A stretch of 39,759 bases of DNA from Alphaproteobacteria bacterium (GCA_028066985.1 JALCBB010000003.1:1-39759), one strand, 5' to 3'. Shown: positions 16,218 through 24,796, numbered from the stretch's first letter. A program made the numbers and translations. Notes: generated by a model not told the origin, from the letters alone.

Positions 16218-16345
16218 AAGAGCAACAGGGAGCAACAGGGTTCGGGTTTGACCCGCGCGCAAAGCAGGTCTAGAATTCAAAAGCACAACCGAAATTAGCG
16301 CAGAACGGCGCGGCACGCAACAAGGCTCCCACAAAAGGACGCGGA

Positions 16346-17542
16346 ATGACAGCAGGCGGGCACGAAGGCGGGGTTCGTCCCCGAAACATATACCTGGACT
16401 ACAACGCGACAGCGCCCCTCCTGCCCTCGGCGCGCGCCGCGATGGAACAGACGCTGGACGAACTCGGCAACCCCTCGTCGGCGCACCGCCTCGGACGCCG
16501 CGCCCGCGAACGCGTGGAAACCGCCCGCGAAACCGTCGCGCGGCTGGCACGGGCGCGGACAGACGAGGTCATCTTCACATCGGGCGGCACCGAGGCGAAC
16601 AATCTCGCGCTGAGCGCGAGTCTCGCTGACGGCGGCGAAGTCTGGGCGTCGGCGGGCGAGCATAGTTCGGTGCTGGGCGTCCTGGAGGCGTCCGGCGCGA
16701 ACTGGCGCGCGCTGGCTCTCACCGCCGACGGCGAAATCTGCACGGACGCGCTGTCGGAATGTTTGTCGCGGGCGGAGCGTCCGCCGGTTTTGCTGTCGGT
16801 GCAGGCGGCGAACAACGAGACGGGCGTGCTGCAGCCGCTTGAGCCGGTGCTGGAGTTGTCGCGCCGCTACTCGGTGCCGCTGCATGTGGACGCGGCGCAG
16901 TACCTCGGACGCATCGCCGCCAATAACGCGCTCGCCGAAGCCGAAATGGTGACGCTCTCGGCGCACAAGTTCGGCGGTCCGCAGGGCGCGGGCGCGCTGG
17001 TGGCGCGCGACGCTTCTTTGTTGTCGCCGGTGCTGCGCGGCGGCGGACAGGAAAACTCGCGGCGCGCCGGCACGGAGAATGTCCTCGCGATCGCGGGGTT
17101 CGGCGCGGCGGCGGAGTCGGTGACGGACAGCGACTCGTTCCTGCGTCTTGAGCCTTTGCGCGAGCGGCTGGAGCACGACCTGCGCGCGTCGGCGACGGAG
17201 GCGGGCGTGGAGTTGCGGATCGCGGGCGCGGGCGTCGCGCGTTTGTCAAACACATCGTGCTTCGCGCTGGCGGGCGGCCGCGCCGACATGCATCTCGCCG
17301 CGCTGGACATGGAAGGCGTGGCGTTGTCGTCGGGGTCGGCGTGTTCGTCGGGGAAGATAGAGCCGTCGCATGTGCTGCTGGCGATGGGCTGGAGCCGCGA
17401 CGACGCGCGCGGCGCGCTGCGGCTGAGCATGGGCTGGGCGACGACATCGGCGTCGTTGTCGCGCTTCGTGGAGTTGTGGGAGCGCCTGTGTCTCGGACCT
17501 GTGGCGCGGCGGCGGGGCGCGCGCGTGGCGGCGGCGCACTGA
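16346..17542 (+). CDS. Cysteine desulfurase (NifS/IscS-like class V aminotransferase)
   Basis: LDYNATAP N-terminus, PLP-lysine context SAHKFGGPQG and active-site loop SSGSACSSG. Confidence 0.85.
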   Translation: MTAGGHEGGVRPRNIYLDYNATAPLLPSARAAMEQTLDELGNPSSAHRLGRRARERVETARETVARLARARTDEVIFTSGGTEANNLALSASLADGGEVWASAGEHSSVLGVLEASGANWRALALTADGEICTDALSECLSRAERPPVLLSVQAANNETGVLQPLEPVLELSRRYSVPLHVDAAQYLGRIAANNALAEAEMVTLSAHKFGGPQGAGALVARDASLLSPVLRGGGQENSRRAGTENVLAIAGFGAAAESVTDSDSFLRLEPLRERLEHDLRASATEAGVELRIAGAGVARLSNTSCFALAGGRADMHLAALDMEGVALSSGSACSSGKIEPSHVLLAMGWSRDDARGALRLSMGWATTSASLSRFVELWERLCLGPVARRRGARVAAAH

Positions 17543-18022
17543 GTCTTCGCGGCGGAAACATTGACAATGACCTTGACGACGACAACGGCGACACCTTCAT
17601 CGTCAACTTCGACAGCGACGGTGACGACAAATTCACCGTCAATGGCAACGACAGCGACGGCACCTTCACTGTCAATGTCAACGGCGACGGTGACGACAAC
17701 GACGGCACCTTCACCGTCAACGGCGACAACAACGGCGCCTTCGTTGTCTACGGCGACAGAAACGGCGGCGCCTTCACTGTCAATGGCGACAACAACGGCG
17801 GCGCCTTCACTGTCAATGGCGACAACAACGGCGCCTTCGTTGTCTACGGCGACGGCGGCGCCTTCACTGTCAATGCCGACAACAACGGCGCCTTCGTTGT
17901 CTACGGCGACGGCGGCACCTTCACTGTCAATGGCGACAACAACGGCGGCAAATTCAACGGCAATGTCGGCGCCGTTTTCGTCAATAACTCCGACGGCAAC
18001 CGCGGCGCCGTTTTCGTCGACA
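17543..18022 (+). repeat. Degenerate tandem array (~11 units of 27-45 bp) built on CCTTC(A/G)(C/T)(C/T)GTC(A/T)A(T/C)GG-CGAC(AAC)n-GGCG
   Basis: Units include GCCTTCACTGTCAATGGCGACAACAACGGCG and GCCTTCGTTGTCTACGGCGAC (e.g. 17738-17749, 17771-, 17804-, 17834-, 17861-, 17891-, 17918-). All six frames are open across it. Confidence 0.9.
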
Positions 18023-19132
18023 ATGACGAAGGCGTCGGCAACTCCAACAGCAACACGCGGCAGAGTGGTCGTGGCAATGAGCGGCGGCGTAGACTCCTCG
18101 GTGAGCGCGGCGCTGCTGCACAAAGCAGGCTGCGAAGTCATCGGAATCACGCTGGAACTGTACGGCGCTCCGCTGAAGGCAGGCGCGCGAACCTGCTGCG
18201 CCGGCACAGACCGGCACGACGCACGCCGCGTCGCCGAACAACTCGGAATACCGCACTACGTGTTTGATCTCTCCGACAGATTCCGCGAAACCGTCATTGA
18301 CAACTTCGCCGACAGCTACCTGCGCGGCGAGACGCCGGTTCCGTGCGTGCAGTGCAACGCAGGCGTGAAGTTCTCAGACCTCCTGGACTACGCCCGCGAC
18401 CTGGACGCATCCGCGCTCGCGACCGGACACTACGTGCGGCGCATCGCAGGCGCGGCAGGGGCGGAGTTGCATTGTCCGGCGGACGGCGCGCGCGATCAGA
18501 CATGGTTCATGTTCGCGACAACACGCGAGCAACTGGAGTTCCTGCGGTTTCCGGTCGGCGACCTGCGCAAAGACGAAGTGCGCCGCCTCGCGCGCGACCT
18601 GGACCTCGCGGTCGCCGACAAGGCCGACAGTCAGGATATTTGTTTTGTGGGCGGCGACGGTTATGCGTCGCTGGTGGAGCGGCTGCGGCCCGGGGCGTGC
18701 GCGGCGGGCGAGATTGTGGATGTGTCCGGTCGCGTGCTTGGGAGGCATGACGGCGTGATCCACTACACGGTCGGGCAGCGGCGCGGACTGGGGCTGTCGG
18801 GCGGGCCGTACTATGTGGTGCGGCTGGACGCCGCGCGCGCGCGCGTGGTCGTCGGAAGTCGGGAGGATTTGCGGGTGCGACGCGTGAGTTTGCGCGGAGT
18901 GAACTGGCTCGGGGAGCGGTTCTGGGGCGACGGCGCCGTTTCTGGTCGAGATTTACGGGTGCGGTTTCGTTCGTCTATGGAGCCGGTGGGGGGGTGTTTG
19001 AGTTATGGCGGCGGTGGTGGCGGAGCGCTGGAGTTTACGGAGCCGGTGTACGGTGTTTCCGCCGGACAGGCGGCGGTTTTTTACGAGGGCACTCGTATGC
19101 TTGGCGGCGGCTGGATTTCCGACATTTCTTAA
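18023..19132 (+). CDS. mnmA: tRNA 2-thiouridine(34) synthase MnmA
   Basis: PP-loop VVVAMSGGVDSSV and catalytic cysteine context PVPCVQCN, 369 aa from ATG 18023. The ORF is open back to TTG 17561 through the tandem array, so an N-terminal APSLS-repeat extension cannot be excluded. Confidence 0.88.
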   Translation: MTKASATPTATRGRVVVAMSGGVDSSVSAALLHKAGCEVIGITLELYGAPLKAGARTCCAGTDRHDARRVAEQLGIPHYVFDLSDRFRETVIDNFADSYLRGETPVPCVQCNAGVKFSDLLDYARDLDASALATGHYVRRIAGAAGAELHCPADGARDQTWFMFATTREQLEFLRFPVGDLRKDEVRRLARDLDLAVADKADSQDICFVGGDGYASLVERLRPGACAAGEIVDVSGRVLGRHDGVIHYTVGQRRGLGLSGGPYYVVRLDAARARVVVGSREDLRVRRVSLRGVNWLGERFWGDGAVSGRDLRVRFRSSMEPVGGCLSYGGGGGGALEFTEPVYGVSAGQAAVFYEGTRMLGGGWISDIS

Positions 19133-19190
19133 TTGGGGCGGGGCGGAGATGGGCGGTTTCTGCGGACTTGAGGGGGGTTGCAAAGGAACG

Positions 19191-19313
19191 GCAAGGGTGG
19201 CGAGCGTATTTAGTTCCCTGCCCCTGCTTTTGTTCCGCGGGACGCATTGACGGCGCCGCGTTTTTTGTCGGGCGCGCGGACGCAGAAATACAACTTTAGG
19301 TTGTATTGCCCGA
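19191..19313. repeat. Outer inverted repeat, left copy (IR-oL) of the RM island; includes a pseudo-copy of the last 7 codons plus stop of the ABC ATPase gene
   Basis: Reverse complement of 30720-30842 with 5 mismatches in 123 nt (hand alignment). Positions 19191-19214 read GGC AAG GGT GGC GAG CGT ATT TAG, against GGC GAG GGT GGC GAG CGT ATT TAG at the true gene end. Confidence 0.9.
19287..19307 (-). terminator. Candidate terminator hairpin for res (AATACAAC-5nt-GTTGTATT), mirrored copy of 30726-30746
   Basis: 8-bp AT-rich stem with a short U-tract on the transcribed strand. Lies downstream of the res stop, within IR-oL. Confidence 0.3.
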
Positions 19314-19363
19314 ATTGATCTGTCGCGGAGGCGGCAGGCGTCCGCCGCCGCACGCCGCCCGGA

Positions 19364-22327
19364 TCACTGCTTGCAAAGGTCCACCTTGGACAGGCTCGTC
19401 ACCACATCATAGTCGACATTAATCGCCTTGAAGTGCTTCGCGCCGCAGTCGGTCTTCTGCTTCTCGGCCTTCCGCTGCTTGTCGCTGTTCGTGGTGCTTT
19501 TGGTCTCGCGGACAAAATACAGCCGCTCGTCACACTCGGTCATGAAAGCCCAGTCGGGATTGTACGGGCCGATCGGAGTGTCAACCTTGAACCAGCGAGG
19601 CAGTTTGACAAAAAGACGGACATGCTCGTTGTTGTCCAGGTCTCTGGCGAACTCCCTCTCAATCCTGGAGTCAACCTCGATCGCGTCATAGATGCACTTC
19701 CGCGCGTTCTGCACCCGGTGCAGTCTGTTCAGATAATGCGTGATGTCGCGCTCCGCATCGGCCTCGATGCGGCTCATCTCCCAGAATCTGTCGATCTTCT
19801 CGTACTGAATCCCCTTCAGCATCAGGCCCTGCAGCGCGCGCAGTATCTCCCGCGCGACCCGCGCCATGAACTGCTGAGGATTCACAGGAAACTCCCCCAG
19901 TCTGCGGGATCGCCTCAGAATCTCGACGAGCGTATGACGGGTTAACTCCGTCTCTCCCTGCAGATATGCCAGCAGGTCGGGCAGCGCCGCGCCGCTTTCC
20001 ACTTCCTGGCTCTTGTCCTCCAGCACGCGCTCGGCCGCCACTCCCGCGGCAAGCACATCAATGCCGACCCGCTTCACGGAAACCCGCGGCGCGCGGATCT
20101 TCTCCATCGCCATGATGCCTTTGACAGCGCTCGCGATCAGTTCGCCCGTGTCAAATTTCACCGAATAGCGGGTGCGGTGCCTGATTTTCTCCCACAGCGC
20201 CGCGAATTCAGGAGTCAGGAAAACCTCCTTGTTGAATTTGACGGACACTTTCTTCCTCGCGTCGGCGACGCGATTCTTGAAGATGTAATTCCGCACCACA
20301 TCCATGATTTCGGATTCAATGTCCCTGTGCTGCGCGTCGATCTTGAATTCAAAGTGCAGGCTGTCGGGATCAAATTTATCCTGTATCGCGCCGTCGGCGT
20401 CGATGTATCCCTCGACGAACAGATTGTTCCATATCGCCCGCGACTCCTCCTGGCCGATCGGAACATCCTCGCCGTCCGCCTCGCGGGTGATTCCGGCGAA
20501 ACTGATCTGTTCAATGTGTCCGAATCTGATGCCGAAATCTTCCTCAAATTCGCTCTGCAGGGTCGCGGCGAAATTCTCGTAGGATTCGTTGGCGATCACC
20601 GTCAGACGGTTGATGTTCTCGTCATAGACGCGCTCGCCGTCCGCGTTGACGCAGAGGCGGAGCCCGCGGCCGATTTCCTGCCGCTTCTTCTGAGCGCTGG
20701 CGGTCTCGTTGAGCGTGCATATCTGGAAGACATTCGGGTTGTCCCATCCCTCTCGCAGGGCGCTGTGCGAAAAGATGAAGCGCAGAGGCTCCTTCGGGTC
20801 CAGCAGGCGCTCCTTGTCGCGCATGATGAGGTTGTAGGCGTCCTCGTCGTCCTTGCTGCCGCGTTCCGTGGAGTCCTTCAGGTGTCCTTTTTTGTCCCGC
20901 GAGAAGTAGCCGTCGTGCATTCCGGAGATTTCATGGCCGAGGGCGTCAGGCGACAGATCCCTGTAAAGGGGTCTTGCCGTCAGGTCTCTGTAGGCGTCTT
21001 CAAACCATTCGGCGATTCTGCCGGGCGAGGGGGAGTCGTCCCGGCTGTATCTGCGGTAGTTGGCGACCCTGTCGATGAAGAACAGCGAAAGCACCTTGAT
21101 GTTTCTGCCGCGGAGGGCGAGTTCTTTTTTCAGGTGCTGCTCGACCGTTTCACGGACCTGGATCTTCATGACATCCTCGGTCTGGCTGCCGATCTCCTCG
21201 CCGTGTCTGAGGAATCTTCCGCCGGTGAATTCGATGTACTCCGCGCCCGGCGTGCAGTCAATGTTGTGGACAATGCAGCCCTGGCGGTAAATTTCGCGCC
21301 TTCCGGACTTTTCAAACAGGTCGTCGCCCTGTTTAACCCACATCCTGGCGGGTTTCACCGCCTCGTTTTTCTTCCTGTGGATTTCAATCTGAGCCCGGAT
21401 GGCGGGCTTGTTGTCGGTCTTCAGGAGCCGCACATAGGCCTCGTTAAAGCTGTCTTCGGACACGACGGAATCAACCTCGATGCGCTTGACGAGCCCCAGG
21501 TCGTAGGCTTTCACGGGGTCCAGTCTGTAGAGCAGGTTGTAGGGAGTGCGGTGGGTCGCGGAGTAGCGCAGTGTGACGGCGGGATTCAGTCTGTCAATGG
21601 CGTTTCTCGCCTTGTCCGTGTTGTCCACGCTCTGCGGCTCGTCGATGATGACGATGGGGTTCGTCGCCTGGACGAATTCAATCGGTTTGCGTCCCGACAT
21701 TCTGTCGTTTTCGCGATTGATGACATTGAGCCTCTTCAGCTCGTCTTCCGTCATCGCCGATATTTCCTTGTCGGAGATGTCTCGCTGAAAGGACTGGATG
21801 TTGATGATCATGATCTGAATCTGATTGCCCATGGCGAACTGCCGGACCTTCCCCAGTTTTCTGGAGTCGTAGATGAAGGAGCAGAACGGCTCGTTGTCAT
21901 AGAGCGCGTTGAAGTGCTCTCTGGTCATCTCAATGCTTTTCAGAACGCCCTCGCGCACGGCGACGCTCGGCACGACGATGATGAACTTTTTCAGCCCGTA
22001 TTTTCTGGACAGTTCAAAGATGGTGCGGAGGTAGACATAGGTTTTGCCCGTGCCCGTCTCCATTTCAACGGAGAACTGGCGTCCCTGCAGGGCGCCGGTT
22101 TTTTCGATGTTGTTTTCCTCCTGGATTCTCCGGACATTTTCCAGAATCTGCTCGTCCGTGAGGGTGATGTTGTTGGCGGTGCCGAGTTCCGTGGGAGTCA
22201 TGCCGGCGTCTCTCGTCAGGCTTATCTCAAATTTGGACTGCGCGAGGGGCTGGCCGTCGAACACATTGACGACGGCGTTGACGGCTTCCTCCTGGTGGGG
22301 GAGGTTGGAGGCGAATTTGATTTTCAT
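19364..22327 (-). CDS. res: Type III restriction enzyme Res subunit (SF2 helicase + PD-(D/E)xK nuclease)
   Basis: Motif I METGTGKTYVY, motif II IIDEPQS and a C-terminal nuclease motif NPDWAF...VRETK. The ATG at 22327 lies 10 nt after the mod stop; the upstream 36 codons of the track ORF overlap mod. Confidence 0.9.
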   Translation of the reverse strand: MKIKFASNLPHQEEAVNAVVNVFDGQPLAQSKFEISLTRDAGMTPTELGTANNITLTDEQILENVRRIQEENNIEKTGALQGRQFSVEMETGTGKTYVYLRTIFELSRKYGLKKFIIVVPSVAVREGVLKSIEMTREHFNALYDNEPFCSFIYDSRKLGKVRQFAMGNQIQIMIINIQSFQRDISDKEISAMTEDELKRLNVINRENDRMSGRKPIEFVQATNPIVIIDEPQSVDNTDKARNAIDRLNPAVTLRYSATHRTPYNLLYRLDPVKAYDLGLVKRIEVDSVVSEDSFNEAYVRLLKTDNKPAIRAQIEIHRKKNEAVKPARMWVKQGDDLFEKSGRREIYRQGCIVHNIDCTPGAEYIEFTGGRFLRHGEEIGSQTEDVMKIQVRETVEQHLKKELALRGRNIKVLSLFFIDRVANYRRYSRDDSPSPGRIAEWFEDAYRDLTARPLYRDLSPDALGHEISGMHDGYFSRDKKGHLKDSTERGSKDDEDAYNLIMRDKERLLDPKEPLRFIFSHSALREGWDNPNVFQICTLNETASAQKKRQEIGRGLRLCVNADGERVYDENINRLTVIANESYENFAATLQSEFEEDFGIRFGHIEQISFAGITREADGEDVPIGQEESRAIWNNLFVEGYIDADGAIQDKFDPDSLHFEFKIDAQHRDIESEIMDVVRNYIFKNRVADARKKVSVKFNKEVFLTPEFAALWEKIRHRTRYSVKFDTGELIASAVKGIMAMEKIRAPRVSVKRVGIDVLAAGVAAERVLEDKSQEVESGAALPDLLAYLQGETELTRHTLVEILRRSRRLGEFPVNPQQFMARVAREILRALQGLMLKGIQYEKIDRFWEMSRIEADAERDITHYLNRLHRVQNARKCIYDAIEVDSRIEREFARDLDNNEHVRLFVKLPRWFKVDTPIGPYNPDWAFMTECDERLYFVRETKSTTNSDKQRKAEKQKTDCGAKHFKAINVDYDVVTSLSKVDLCKQ

Positions 22328-22337
22328 GTTTCCGGCT

Positions 22338-24242
22338 TCAGACCGTCGTGAACACGATGCCGTCTTCTTCACGCGACTTGAAGGTCTGGGCGGCGTTGGT
22401 TTTGAGCTGGTCGTTGCCTTTGAAGCCCTCGTCAAGGCAGACGACCCGCCGGGGGGCGGCTTTCGCCATGGCGTCGATCACTTCCTGATTGAGTTCTTTT
22501 TCAAGGCACAGGAGCATTTCGCCGTCTTCAACGGAGAACACTTCCTTGCCCGCGAGGGCGGTTTTTTTGATCGGCGCGGTGAGCGGGAATCCGGCTTTCA
22601 GCAGGAGTTCATAGAGGATGTCTTCGGGCGTGCTTGCCGCGCGGATGTGGTCGATGTGAGCAAGGAGTTGGTCTTCCAGGTTTCCGGTTTCGTCCAGATT
22701 TCCATCCCATACTCTGAAGTTGGATGGAGCGAGCGCGAAAACTTTGAACCCAAGGTCAATTCCGGCGCCACTGGTCAAGCTGAGATGATCGTCGGACTCC
22801 TCCTTAATTTTTGCAGCCGCGCGACGGATACGATCCTTCCCGATGTCGGCGACGGTTTTGTACCCCGCCTTGTACGCTTCCGACGACTCTTCAATGTCTT
22901 CGGGAAGCTGGACCATTATGAATTTACGATTGCCGCCATCCTCCTTGTTGAGAGCAAGGACTGCATGCGCGGTTGTTCCAGAACCCGCAAAAGAGTCGAG
23001 GATAATGTCGTTCTGCTCAGAAACGGAGTCGAGAATGAGCTTGATTAACTTCACGGGTTTTGGATTCTGAAAAGCGCCGGGGCCCAAGATATGGGACAGC
23101 TCCGAGTTCGACTGCCTGGTGCTGCCAGCAAATTGATAACTCCAGAAGGTCGTCAGCTTGGTGTAGCTGCCGACATCTTTGAGGAATGTTTTCCGCTGAG
23201 GAACAGATCCCGGCTTCTCGCCGAAATAAATTCGATCGTCGCCGTCCAGCTCTTTTAGCGTCTCTTGTGAAAAGCGCGGATATGTGCCGGTAGGAGGCTC
23301 CCAGGTCACCCCGTTTGAAAAGGTGTATTTATACCGAGTTGAAGCCTTTCCTGACTTGGCATGGAGCGGTGTCAGGAGGTAGGGACCCCTTGGATCATTG
23401 TCAGGGTTTTTGTACACGCGGTCATGGTGCTGCGTTCTCTTCTGCCCTTTGATCCGGCAAAGATCCTTGTTTTTGGAGTAGCACAAAACGAATTCACAAT
23501 TCGTCGAGAAGTGCTTCGCGTCGTTTTTAACAGTGTCCATTCCCTGCCATGCAATCTGGGCCAGGAAATTCTCTTCCCCGAAAATATCGTCCATGACAGA
23601 GCGCAGGCGATGGACCTCATTGTCGTCGATTGAGATGAAAATCACCCCGTCCTCGCGCAACAGATTGCGGGCGAGGTACAGGCGGGGATACATCATGCTC
23701 AGCCAATTGGAGTGGTAACGCCCGATAGTATCCGTGTTGGTCGCAAATCGGTGACCCTCTGCGTCGATTTGGCGAGTATATGCAAGATATCTGCTCAATC
23801 CACTCGCGTACTTATCAGGATAAACGAACTCTCTTCCCGTGTTATACGGCGGGTCGATGTAGATCACTTTCACCATCTCGAAGTAGGACTTCTGCAGAAG
23901 TTTCAGCACCTCGAGGTTCTCTCCCTCAATAAACAGGTTTCCCGTGCCGTCAAAATTAACGGACTCTTCGCGGACAGGCTTGAGGGTGGCGACGCTCGGC
24001 TGCTGAAGGATCCTCATGCACTCCGCCTTGCCGGGCCAATTAAGACCGAAACGCTCCACGCCCGATTCCACCTGGTCGCCCAGGACGCGTCTTAACTGCT
24101 CGAAGTCAATCTTTCCGTCGCCGAACACTTCGGGATACAGCGCCCGCAGGCGTCTGCGCTTCTCGCGCGCGATGTCCAGAGAGGCGAGGTCTTCGCCGAC
24201 CGCCTCGATGCTTCCGCGCTTTGTGGTTTTTTGCTTCGTCAC
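22338..24242 (-). CDS. mod: Type III DNA methyltransferase Mod subunit (beta-class N6A/N4C)
   Basis: Motif IV IYIDPPYNTG precedes motif I DSFAGSGTTAHAV, with a variable central region between them. GTG start at 24242 with GAGGAGG 8 nt upstream. Confidence 0.9.
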   Translation of the reverse strand: MTKQKTTKRGSIEAVGEDLASLDIAREKRRRLRALYPEVFGDGKIDFEQLRRVLGDQVESGVERFGLNWPGKAECMRILQQPSVATLKPVREESVNFDGTGNLFIEGENLEVLKLLQKSYFEMVKVIYIDPPYNTGREFVYPDKYASGLSRYLAYTRQIDAEGHRFATNTDTIGRYHSNWLSMMYPRLYLARNLLREDGVIFISIDDNEVHRLRSVMDDIFGEENFLAQIAWQGMDTVKNDAKHFSTNCEFVLCYSKNKDLCRIKGQKRTQHHDRVYKNPDNDPRGPYLLTPLHAKSGKASTRYKYTFSNGVTWEPPTGTYPRFSQETLKELDGDDRIYFGEKPGSVPQRKTFLKDVGSYTKLTTFWSYQFAGSTRQSNSELSHILGPGAFQNPKPVKLIKLILDSVSEQNDIILDSFAGSGTTAHAVLALNKEDGGNRKFIMVQLPEDIEESSEAYKAGYKTVADIGKDRIRRAAAKIKEESDDHLSLTSGAGIDLGFKVFALAPSNFRVWDGNLDETGNLEDQLLAHIDHIRAASTPEDILYELLLKAGFPLTAPIKKTALAGKEVFSVEDGEMLLCLEKELNQEVIDAMAKAAPRRVVCLDEGFKGNDQLKTNAAQTFKSREEDGIVFTTV

Positions 24243-24261
24243 GATGTAAGCCTCCTCTCAG

Positions 24262-24290
24262 AGAGTGCCACTCGGACGCCGCGCCGTCAA
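24262..24290 (-). promoter_or_regulatory. Candidate promoter of mod-res (TTGACG-17 nt-CACTCT)
   Basis: The -35-like hexamer sits at the position equivalent to the TTGACA upstream of the Type ISP gene. It is preceded by the shared 32-nt box (24303-24333). The -10 is weak. Confidence 0.25.
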
Positions 24291-24359
24291 GCGCAATATA
24301 TAACCCCCCGCGGACGGCGGAAAAGCGAGGAAATCCGCGCATTTCCGCCATCCCCAGAC

Positions 24360-24463
24360 AGAAAACGACACGCTTACGCCTGGCAGACGGCTGGCGCCGT
24401 CTGCGGGCTGTCTCCGCCATTCCCGGGGGGAACGGCGGAGACAGCCGAGGCGTGTCGTTTTCT
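24360..24463 (-). other. 104-nt Y-shaped structured insertion upstream of mod, absent from the mirrored Type ISP upstream region
   Basis: Perfect 14-bp closing helix (24360-24373 / 24450-24463). It encloses a 9-bp hairpin (24383-24391 / 24396-24404, 4-nt loop) and a 13-bp hairpin (24406-24418 / 24434-24446) whose loop is itself palindromic (TTCCC..GGGAA). Confidence 0.7.
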
Positions 24464-24718
24464 CCCGTCAGCAAACTTTGTCCCCGTTAATAAGAAAACA
24501 ATTTATTTAATTGACCCCTTAAATAGTCAATAAATTATTATTTATTTTTTGCGGGCTAGCCCGCACCCGTCTGCCGGCATCGCTCGCTTGAGCCAACACC
24601 GTGAATGTCTAAGTCAAACGCCCACTAATGCCAGCGGCGAGCCGCCGCAGGCATAAGTTGGCGCGATTCGCTTGAGCCAACACCGTGAATGTCTCAGTCA
24701 AACGCCCACTAATGCCAG
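24461..24718. repeat. Inner inverted repeat, left copy (IR-iL) = half composite element E6 (half AT-rich core + hairpin + two tandem arm modules)
   Basis: Reverse complement of 25431-25688 with 1 mismatch in 258 nt (hand alignment: GTCTCAGTC vs GTCTAAGTC). Contains GAAAACAATTTATTTAATTGACCCC and GCGGGCTAGCCCGC, plus a duplicated module ...GAGCCAACACCGTGAATGTCT(A/C)AGTCAAACGCCCACTAATGCCAG. Weaker similarity extends to ~24773. Confidence 0.92.
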
Positions 24719-24796
24719 AAGCCGCCCTTCGCTTGTCTCCTAAAGAGACGAAAAAGGCGGCGCCGTTAATCCAGCCACCGAAACAAAGCACCTCCC

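Noticed and set aside
16218-16345. Direct repeat AGCAACAGGG x2 in the hydrolase / NifS-like divergent region as a regulatory site.
   Set aside because: It is a single 10-nt duplication with no other copies in the window. Too little evidence to call.
17257-18267. ORF reading the 17.5-18.0 kb tandem array as a GDNNGAFTVNG beta-repeat protein.
   Set aside because: There is no plausible start codon or SD after the NifS-like stop. The ORF begins inside the NifS-like gene in another frame and runs into mnmA out of frame. All frames are open in this array. It is kept as a caveat under the tandem-array finding.
20177-23048. Antisense ORFs inside res and mod (20177-22351 +, 22044-23048 +).
   Set aside because: They lie opposite strongly supported helicase and methyltransferase genes, have no motifs and have Val/Asp/Gly-biased compositions typical of antisense frames.
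24106-24533. Small ORFs in the mod upstream region (24106-24474 -, 24221-24490 +, 24231-24533 +) as possible controller (C) proteins.
   Set aside because: They are Arg/Pro-rich, overlap the mod start or the structured insertion, lack helix-turn-helix-like sequence and have no SD.
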